A stretch of 12,411 nt of DNA. Source: Bacteriovoracaceae bacterium (GTDB lineage: Bacteria > Bdellovibrionota > Bacteriovoracia > Bacteriovoracales > Bacteriovoracaceae). The notes under the pieces were generated by a model, which saw nothing but the letters and a program-made list of their open reading frames with translations, was not told the origin of the DNA and ran no database searches. The stretch spans positions 1-12,411 of the forward strand of contig JBFGZE010000089.1 of the NCBI GenBank assembly GCA_041586955.1. The letters run 5' to 3'. Below are positions 7,054-12,411 of this stretch, piece by piece. How positions within the stretch are numbered: position 1 is the stretch's first letter; each line of letters begins with the position of its first letter. The position numbers were made by a program, and so were the translations under genes.

Positions 7054-8556
7054 TTATAAAATATCTACTTGTTTTTGAGAGAATTCGAAACTCTTTTGTA
7101 AAATTTCGCGCGCTTGCAATAATTTTACTTGATAGTCTTTTGCCTCTTTCATGCCATTTTGAGGCAAGGAAGGCGCATCTCCTAATAAGGCATGGAGCTT
7201 ATCAAAGTCTTGATCTGCTAAGCGACTTTGCGGGTGAAATTGAAAGGAGAGAGCAAAACCTTTCATTTCGGACCAATATTTAGAATGATCTAAGAAAAGG
7301 TATTCAGCAGTTCCATATTCATTCATTTCTTTGATGGTCTTATTAATATAATGGATGACCATTCCAGCAAACGTTTTTTCCCAATTGCCCAAAGCGACAG
7401 CTGCCAGAGATTCGATATAAACTTTATGCTCAGGTTTATTAAGGCCAATTAGATAGCGACCTTTAACTAATGAAGAAAAGATAGCTTCAGTGACCTTATT
7501 CTTTAAAAGACCATTCTTTGCGAAAGTGTAATCAAGTTTACCAGCATTGATAGAAAGGGCATGATTGAATTCATTGAGTAGGCTTAGTTCGCCATCTTCA
7601 TCAGTATCAATAGAGACCTTTTTTGGAAAAAGGGCGAGATCGTAGGCCATATAATTTTTGGCAGCTCCAAAATAACCGAAAGCTTCATCCCAATGGTGCT
7701 CTAATTGGGTATAATTTTTACCCTTATAGGACTCAGTATTATTGGCGTTTAGGCCTTTACTATCACCAAGGTCATTAGAAAGGTAATCTCTTGCGGCCTG
7801 AGAAAAGCTAAGAGCACCGTGAAGAAATTTTTGAGTTAATTGGGTCAAGTCTATGCCATTTTCCAAAACCGTTGCTTTTGTAATGGTTTGAGCTGGTTGG
7901 TCACCATTTGCCATGGTGAATTCATCACCTACAGCGGCCAAACGAGCGCTTTCTGTAAAGAAGGCCATTAAGAGCGCTTCTGGTAAAAGCACGCCATTTG
8001 TTTTGTGAAGCGTTGTTTCTCCAATAAGTGTTGTCTTCCAACCCATGAGAGTTGATCTTCTTAAGGGGTTATCATTTCCGGCCAATTTGCTTTTTAGATT
8101 TTTTCCTGGAGATTGAATTTCACCGTAGGTAAAACCTTCAAAGATGGGCATTTTCATTCCATCTAGGTCTTTTGCACTTACTTTAAAGCGTTGGTTTTGA
8201 TTGATGCTTCCCTGTGAACGGGCCGGGTTATCATTTTGATAATCATAAAATGAATTGAGGGTGGTTAAGGCCTGGGCCGCTGTTCCCGGATAGGTTCCTC
8301 GTTCAAGACCATTCATTAATTTTTTGAGGTCGTGAACCAAGATCTGGCGAAAAGTTTGACCAGTATGAGAGGTATTGTTTTGCTGATCAAAGCGGCTTAT
8401 AAATTGATAATCAACGGGAGCATTATTAAGGGTATTTTTAATTGCTGCCGGTGCGTTTAAGAGATTATCATTGGCCTCTTGATATGTCATAAGGGCCGAA
8501 GTGGGAGCTGTATAAGCAAAGGCCAATAATAGGCCAAAAATTTGAGTGGTTTTCAT
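7054..8556 (-). CDS. DUF4856-like exported protein (iron-uptake associated)
   Basis: 500 aa with signal peptide ending TSA|L; family-type motifs GQTFRQIL, LEHHWDEAFGYFG and HSKYWSEMKGFALSFQF; first gene of the operon. Confidence 0.75.
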   Translation of the reverse strand: MKTTQIFGLLLAFAYTAPTSALMTYQEANDNLLNAPAAIKNTLNNAPVDYQFISRFDQQNNTSHTGQTFRQILVHDLKKLMNGLERGTYPGTAAQALTTLNSFYDYQNDNPARSQGSINQNQRFKVSAKDLDGMKMPIFEGFTYGEIQSPGKNLKSKLAGNDNPLRRSTLMGWKTTLIGETTLHKTNGVLLPEALLMAFFTESARLAAVGDEFTMANGDQPAQTITKATVLENGIDLTQLTQKFLHGALSFSQAARDYLSNDLGDSKGLNANNTESYKGKNYTQLEHHWDEAFGYFGAAKNYMAYDLALFPKKVSIDTDEDGELSLLNEFNHALSINAGKLDYTFAKNGLLKNKVTEAIFSSLVKGRYLIGLNKPEHKVYIESLAAVALGNWEKTFAGMVIHYINKTIKEMNEYGTAEYLFLDHSKYWSEMKGFALSFQFHPQSRLADQDFDKLHALLGDAPSLPQNGMKEAKDYQVKLLQAREILQKSFEFSQKQVDIL

Positions 8557-8587
8557 TTTTCCATCCTAATTTGTCGGTTATGGGATG

Positions 8588-8616
8588 AATATAAAAACTA
8601 AAGTTTGCTAAGTCAA
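8588..8616 (-). promoter_or_regulatory. Sigma-70 promoter of the DUF4856-imelysin-TBDR-desaturase operon
   Basis: TTGACT (8616-8611), 17 nt, TATATT (8593-8588); both boxes 5/6 to consensus; 31 nt upstream of the ATG. Confidence 0.75.
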
Positions 8617-8638
8617 ACACTTATTTGAGTGTTTGAAT
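8603..8638. promoter_or_regulatory. Candidate operator GTTTG-N6-CAAAC over the -35 box, with a degenerate tandem copy
   Basis: GTTTGCTAAGTCAAAC (8603-8618) and ATTTGAGTGTTTGAAT (8623-8638). The region also reads as a 9-6-9 inverted repeat TCAAACACT/AGTGTTTGA (8613-8636). Confidence 0.5.
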
Positions 8639-8755
8639 CATAACCCATTTTTTATTTCTAACTTGTTTAAAATCAGTTAGTTATTCCATGAGCTGGAGCG
8701 ATGATATCCTTGGGCCTGGCAACTTTTTGTTGGAATCGTTGAAAAATAATTATGA

Positions 8756-8784
8756 TTGCACTTATCAGGGAATACTTGAATAAT
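8756..8784 (+). promoter_or_regulatory. Possible sigma-70 promoter of the bacterioferritin-like gene
   Basis: TTGCAC-N17-AATAAT upstream of SD AAAGGAG (8795-8801). Confidence 0.4.
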
Positions 8785-8806
8785 ATTATATTTAAAAGGA
8801 GAACTC

Positions 8807-9262
8807 ATGAGTCTAAGTGAAAAAAGTTATCAAAATGAAGAGGCAATTGCGCTTCTTGGTGAAATTTATTGTGCTGAAATGGCGGGCCTGAACCGTTACC
8901 TGCATTATTCATTTATGGTTATGGGATATAACCGCATTCCTATCCAGAAATGGTTCCGGAATAACGCCACGGAAAGTATGAACCATGCCATTGTTATTGG
9001 CGAGAAAATTACCTCATTAGGAGGTCATCCTCCGATATTACCTGTCAGTATTGAGGAGCATAATCTTCACAATATCCAGCAATTATTGGAAGAATCTCTT
9101 CGCCATGAGCAAAATGCGATTAAGCTTTATAAAAAGCTTGTTGAAATGGCGGTCGCTTTGGAAGATATTGCCTTAGAAGAGTTGGCGCGTGAATTTGTAC
9201 GGGAAGAAACTGAACATACAGATGAAGTTCGCAAGATGTTGAGACGCCCTGATACTCCTTAA
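8807..9262 (+). CDS. bfr: Bacterioferritin / ferritin-like protein
   Basis: Ferroxidase-type residues E24, Y31, H60, E101, E134, H137; M58 at the heme-ligand position; LGGHP motif; strong SD. The E51-equivalent is Ser57. Confidence 0.8.
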   Translation: MSLSEKSYQNEEAIALLGEIYCAEMAGLNRYLHYSFMVMGYNRIPIQKWFRNNATESMNHAIVIGEKITSLGGHPPILPVSIEEHNLHNIQQLLEESLRHEQNAIKLYKKLVEMAVALEDIALEELAREFVREETEHTDEVRKMLRRPDTP

Positions 9263-9287
9263 TTCATTTCTTTAAACTGTTTTTAAT

Positions 9288-9315
9288 AAGCGCCGGGATT
9301 TTACCCGGCCTTTTT
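9288..9315 (+). terminator. Intrinsic terminator after bfr
   Basis: GCCGGG (9292-9297), ATTTTA loop, CCCGGC (9304-9309), then CTTTTT. Confidence 0.85.
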
Positions 9316-9454
9316 ATGTTCTTTAACTTTCTGTTTTAAAGCAATAGAGCGTTGCTCTTCAATTTTCTGAATGAGTTTTTCTATTTTTGATAAATTCTTT
9401 AAAATAAAATTGGCATGCCTGATTATCATTTAAAAATCTCCTCATTTTGTGCTT

Positions 9455-9490
9455 GTTTGAGTGCTCAAACCATGGTTTGCTAGTTGGAAC
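9455..9490. promoter_or_regulatory. Candidate operator GTTTG-N6-CAAAC with a degenerate tandem copy
   Basis: GTTTGAGTGCTCAAAC (9455-9470, 7-2-7 palindrome) and GTTTGCTAGTTGGAAC (9475-9490); the junction forms the perfect 14-bp palindrome CAAACCATGGTTTG (9466-9479). Confidence 0.5.
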
Positions 9491-9566
9491 TGTTTCGGTC
9501 AGTGGGATAATTTATTGAGACATTTGGCGATTAGATGCTTCTCAAATGGATAATGAGGTGTAAAAC

Positions 9567-10013
9567 ATGGAAAATTCTTGGATTTATAATTATAAGCGAG
9601 GAATTGAGAGTGTTGAGAGGGGTGAATTAAAGCAGGCCTATGATTGTGGCGTGGAGTGTATGAAAATAGTTAAAAAGCTTTATTCTAATGCTATTGCAGA
9701 GGAGCAAGTTGGATCTCTCGAAAAATATCTTAAATCATTATTTTTACTTAAATCATGTAGTGAAGCTAAAAACTGTCTTGATTGTATTGAAAAACAATAT
9801 CTAGGTGGAATAAATAGCTTAGCAATAATTCATCGTTCAACAACTTGCCATCATAAGGTTAGGATAAAGGCGTGGGAGCTTATTCTGCTATTGAAAAATG
9901 AGTTAATAGGCTTCTATCAAAAAAACGAAATGAAATATGAGTTGGCCGTTTTTGAATCCCACTTCAAAACAAATAACAAGCAATTGATCCTAGTTGAGGG
10001 ATCAAAACTTTGA
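9567..10013 (+). CDS. Hypothetical Cys-rich all-helical (TPR-like, possibly DUF2753-like) protein
   Basis: 148-aa ORF with SD GAGGTG (9555-9560), no signal peptide, N-terminal W..G....RGE..QA helix-pair pattern, 6 Cys including CLDC and a CHH. Family call is tentative. Confidence 0.7.
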   Translation: MENSWIYNYKRGIESVERGELKQAYDCGVECMKIVKKLYSNAIAEEQVGSLEKYLKSLFLLKSCSEAKNCLDCIEKQYLGGINSLAIIHRSTTCHHKVRIKAWELILLLKNELIGFYQKNEMKYELAVFESHFKTNNKQLILVEGSKL

Positions 10014-10014
10014 A

Positions 10015-10563
10015 TTATTGAATTTTAAAGATAATAGATTTTGAAACATAATAAAAATCGGTAGTAACATTTTTGACTTGTTTAAAGACCCAGCTTTGAA
10101 CGGCCTTTAGCGCCTCTTGATCGAGGATCTTATGGCCAGTTGACTTAAGGACTTGGATTGCAATGGGCTGACCTTCTGGATTTACTTTAATTTTGAGATC
10201 AATTTGCCCTTCCATATGCCTGCGTCTGGCACGACGGGGATAATTAGGAGCGGCGTAATTGACGATCGCTTCTTTAAAGTTTTTGACGGTAGCACCGCTG
10301 GCCTGCAACTTTTTCGGAGTTGTTTTGATCTTTTTTTGAATAATTTTCTTTTTTATGGGCCGTTTACTGATTAATTGGCGTTTTTTGGCGGGTTGAGATC
10401 TTAACTTTAATTGAATGGTCGTGCCATTTTGGCCGGATTGTAAATTGGTCGGTACCTTAATGATTTGTCGTTGAAGACCATTTCCTTTTAATAAGATGAT
10501 CGTGTGCAAGATTATAGATAAGGCCGCACCGCTTAAATGAATTTTTCGCAAACTCAGTTCCAT
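10015..10563 (-). CDS. tonB: Energy transducer TonB
   Basis: TM helix with SIILH (SxxxH), Lys-rich linker, TonB C-domain PNYPRRARRRHMEGQI..V..EG....VLKSTG..ILDQEALKAVQSWVF. Start moved from TTG 10599 to ATG 10563 because the TTG is part of a -35 box. Confidence 0.9.
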   Translation of the reverse strand: MELSLRKIHLSGAALSIILHTIILLKGNGLQRQIIKVPTNLQSGQNGTTIQLKLRSQPAKKRQLISKRPIKKKIIQKKIKTTPKKLQASGATVKNFKEAIVNYAAPNYPRRARRRHMEGQIDLKIKVNPEGQPIAIQVLKSTGHKILDQEALKAVQSWVFKQVKNVTTDFYYVSKSIIFKIQ

Positions 10564-10570
10564 AAGCGCC

Positions 10571-10599
10571 AGCTTAAAAGAAAAAGGTTTTAGATTCAA
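10571..10599 (-). promoter_or_regulatory. Sigma-70 promoter of tonB (predicts a leaderless mRNA)
   Basis: TTGAAT (10599-10594), 17 nt, TAAGCT (10576-10571), 7 nt, ATG; no SD present. Confidence 0.55.
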
Positions 10600-10619
10600 G
10601 TAGTTTTGGGGAATCTTGT

Positions 10620-10652
10620 AAACTTGGCCTTGATTAGAAGGGCCAAGTTTTT
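10620..10652. terminator. Hairpin / probable bidirectional terminator
   Basis: Perfect 10-bp inverted repeat AAACTTGGCC (10620-10629) / GGCCAAGTTT (10641-10650); T5 on the plus strand, TTTA on the minus strand. Confidence 0.7.
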
Positions 10653-10659
10653 GAAATTA

Positions 10660-10826
10660 TAGTTCTTGCAAGCTGAGTAAGGGCAGCACCTCTAAACTGG
10701 TCCTGGCCCCACTGGCGCCGGAATCCTTGCGATCAGAGATTTTGTCGTTGGCGTTAACAATGAATTTCATCGATATTGCGCCGGAATATATTAGGGGATG
10801 GACCGCCCTGTATTGCATAAGGACTA
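10660..10826. ncRNA. Structured ~167-nt rod-like non-coding RNA candidate (6S/SsrS-like)
   Basis: GC-richer island in an AT-rich intergenic region with eight nested helices: 10660-67/10819-26, 10668-71/10813-16, 10680-84/10805-09, 10689-95/10791-97, 10712-18/10778-84, 10730-33/10769-72, 10736-40/10764-68, 10745-50/10758-63. Central asymmetric bubble and an adjacent terminator hairpin. Strand unresolved. Confidence 0.6.
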
Positions 10827-11006
10827 GGCCCAAATGACGGTGTTGTAATAAGAAATTTGATAAAGATTCTGGCCTTTGCTTTATATGAATGTCTTATTAA
10901 TATTTTAGCCCAGTTTTAAAAACGGGAACCTAAAAAAATATAGCAAGGGTCATTGACTGAAGCATGGAAATGGGGTTTTATGGCGCCCTACAGATCTGAG
11001 GTTAAG

Positions 11007-12053
11007 TTGCTAAAATTAGAATCAATAATATTGGTCATCATGTTTTCTTTGGTGATATTTTCCTGTCAACAGAGGCCGGCCCTTTTGACCATTTCTGGCC
11101 AGACAATGGGCACGACTTATAACGTTAAGTATTTGCCAACTAAAAATACTCCCGACAAAGAGTTGATTAAGGTCGATATCGACCAGCTGTTAATTGAAGT
11201 TAATCGTCAAATGTCCACTTATCAAAAGGATTCCGAAATCTCCCAATTCAACGGTCTGCCTTTAGCTGGGCAGAGCTTAATTATTTCAGATGGTTTTGTT
11301 GAGGTTTTGTCTTTTGCTTTATTAGTAGCAGAAAAAACACAAGGTGATTTTGATCCCACTATTGGGCCTTTGGTTAACCTTTGGGGTTTTGGACCGGAGG
11401 GGAAACGTAAAGTTCCAGGGATTAAGGAGCTTGAACTGGCACGCAAAAAGGTCGGTTATAAGCATTTAGTTTTGGATAGAGAAAAGAAGGAACTTAAAAA
11501 AAATATTCCTGGGCTTTATCTTGATCTTTCTGCCTCAGCGAAGGGCCATGGTGTCGATCAAGTTTATGAATTATTAAAAGGGATGGGATTAGTTCATTTT
11601 ATGGTAGAGATCGGTGGTGAAGTCCGTACGTCTGGCTATAATCAAAAAAATCCGTGGCGTATTGGTATCGAAAGACCTGACCCCAATGGCCTTAAAAGAA
11701 TTAGTCAATTGATTCTTCCTTTAGAAGAAAAGTCGGTGGCGACCTCTGGTAATTACCGCAATTATTTTGAAGAGGGAGGAAAGAAATATTCCCACGCCAT
11801 AAATTATCGAACTGGTGAACCAGTCACTCATACCCTGGCATCTGTGACAGTTGTCAGTGAAAAGAATTGCTTGCAAGCCGACTCTTGGGCAACGGCCTTA
11901 ATGGTGATGGGGCCGATTAAAGGACTTGAGTTTGCTAATCGTGAAAATTTAAGTGCTTTTTTTATTTTTAAGGATCATAATGATAAGAAAGGCCGTTTCC
12001 AATTAAAGGCCTCCAAAAAGTGGAGTAAAATGTTTCCAGGAAGTATTCAATGA
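11007..12053 (+). CDS. apbE: FAD:protein FMN transferase (flavin transferase) lipoprotein
   Basis: Motifs TMGTTY, MSTY..DSEIS.FN, FDPTIGPLVNLWGF, DLSASAKG.GVD, VEIGGE, ATSGNYR, YSH.I..RTG, ADSWATAL. Start moved to TTG 11007 (SD GAGG at 10998-11001), placing lipobox IFS|C at residue 20. Confidence 0.93.
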   Translation: MLKLESIILVIMFSLVIFSCQQRPALLTISGQTMGTTYNVKYLPTKNTPDKELIKVDIDQLLIEVNRQMSTYQKDSEISQFNGLPLAGQSLIISDGFVEVLSFALLVAEKTQGDFDPTIGPLVNLWGFGPEGKRKVPGIKELELARKKVGYKHLVLDREKKELKKNIPGLYLDLSASAKGHGVDQVYELLKGMGLVHFMVEIGGEVRTSGYNQKNPWRIGIERPDPNGLKRISQLILPLEEKSVATSGNYRNYFEEGGKKYSHAINYRTGEPVTHTLASVTVVSEKNCLQADSWATALMVMGPIKGLEFANRENLSAFFIFKDHNDKKGRFQLKASKKWSKMFPGSIQ

Positions 12054-12259
12054 AAATTTATCTGATTAGTTTCGCAGTGCTCTTTATTACTATTGCCGCG
12101 ATGGCGGTAGGGGTAATTTTCTCTAACCGTGAATTAAAAGGTTCTTGTGGTGGCCTTGGAAAAATCATGGGGGAAGATTGTATGTTCTGCGATAAAAAAG
12201 ATGAATGTGATAAAAAGAAAAAGCAGCAAGCGTCCATCGCTGAAATGACTCTGGAGTAG
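12050..12259 (+). CDS. nqrM: Na+-NQR maturation protein NqrM (DUF539)
   Basis: Single TM helix ending AMAVGVIF, then LKGSCGGLG...C..C...C; ATGA overlap with apbE, its usual neighbour. Confidence 0.85.
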   Translation: MKIYLISFAVLFITIAAMAVGVIFSNRELKGSCGGLGKIMGEDCMFCDKKDECDKKKKQQASIAEMTLE

Positions 12260-12263
12260 GTCA

Positions 12264-12380
12264 GTGAAGAAACAATTAATGATTTTAATGGGATTACTTC
12301 TGGTTTTAACAAGCTGTGAAAATATGGAAGGCTTCCTTGATGTTTTGGGAGAGTCGATTATTTTAAAATATAAATATTGA
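12264..12380 (+). CDS. Short lipoprotein ORF (38 aa), or 5' part of a frameshifted longer lipoprotein gene
   Basis: GTG at 12264 with SD GGAG (12253-12256); MKKQLMILMGLLLVLTS|CENMEGFLDVLGESIILKYKY*; canonical LTSC lipobox; the +1 frame is open from 12367 to the window end. Confidence 0.65.
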   Translation: MKKQLMILMGLLLVLTSCENMEGFLDVLGESIILKYKY

Positions 12381-12411
12381 CGAACCCGCGAAATTTGTCG
12401 AGGGGACCAAA

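Noticed and set aside
7011..7283. Plus-strand 90-aa ORF
   Set aside because: TTG start with no SD; runs through the hairpin and antisense to the DUF4856 gene.
8658..8680. Inverted repeat CTAACT-N11-AGTTAG in the divergent promoter region
   Set aside because: Six-bp arms in AT-rich DNA and no second exact instance noticed in the window; insufficient to call a site.
8717..8731. TGGCA-containing sigma-54-like sites (also at 9411)
   Set aside because: No GC at the required GG-N10-GC spacing.
8741..8762. Possible Fur box upstream of bfr (GAAAAATAATTATGATTGCACT)
   Set aside because: About 10/19 to GATAATGATAATCATTATC and 10/14 to the 7-1-7 form by hand; not distinguishable from AT-rich background.
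10153..10374. Plus-strand 73-aa ORF
   Set aside because: Antisense shadow of tonB.
10660..10826. Known riboswitch (cobalamin, FMN, TPP, c-di-GMP) or tRNA interpretation of the structured element
   Set aside because: I could not find their signature motifs or a cloverleaf; the pairing pattern is a single long rod.
10953..11006. N-terminal extension of apbE from TTG 10953
   Set aside because: It would place the lipobox Cys at residue 38; the TTG at 11007 has an SD and gives a normal signal peptide.
12253..12263. GGAGTAGGTCA shared with the translation start region of peptide gene 1 (268-278, minus strand)
   Set aside because: Partly constrained by the SD, the nqrM stop and the start codon; likely coincidence.
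11222..12312. Minus-strand ORFs 11222-11446 and 12058-12312
   Set aside because: Antisense shadows of apbE and nqrM.
1..12411. CRISPR array, IS/transposase, prophage, rRNA or tRNA
   Set aside because: No regularly spaced short repeats, terminal inverted repeats around a transposase, phage genes or stable-RNA signatures were seen.

Overview
AT-rich bacterial chromosomal window with no mobile element, CRISPR array, rRNA or tRNA. Gene style and content suggest a marine Bdellovibrionota (Bacteriovoracia/Halobacteriovorax-like) host; this is inference only. Left to right: (i) two tandem, separately terminated paralogous genes for small secreted two-Cys peptides, one missing from the ORF track; (ii) a 577-aa exported protein with a duplicated 65-aa N-terminal domain and a C-terminal beta-barrel with LpxR-like motifs, behind a sigma-28-type promoter; (iii) a minus-strand iron-acquisition-type operon: DUF4856-like protein, imelysin-like lipoprotein, FecA-like TonB-dependent receptor, His-box desaturase/hydroxylase; (iv) a divergent bacterioferritin-like gene, a Cys-rich helical orphan and a stand-alone tonB; (v) an unannotated ~167-nt rod-folding intergenic element (6S-RNA-like candidate); (vi) apbE-nqrM detached from an nqr operon, then a short or frameshifted lipoprotein gene at the right edge. 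A GTTTG-N6-CAAAC palindrome, arrayed at 20-bp period, recurs in two promoters of the iron locus, while no good Fur box is visible. All family calls are from manual motif recognition; no searches or folding programs were run.
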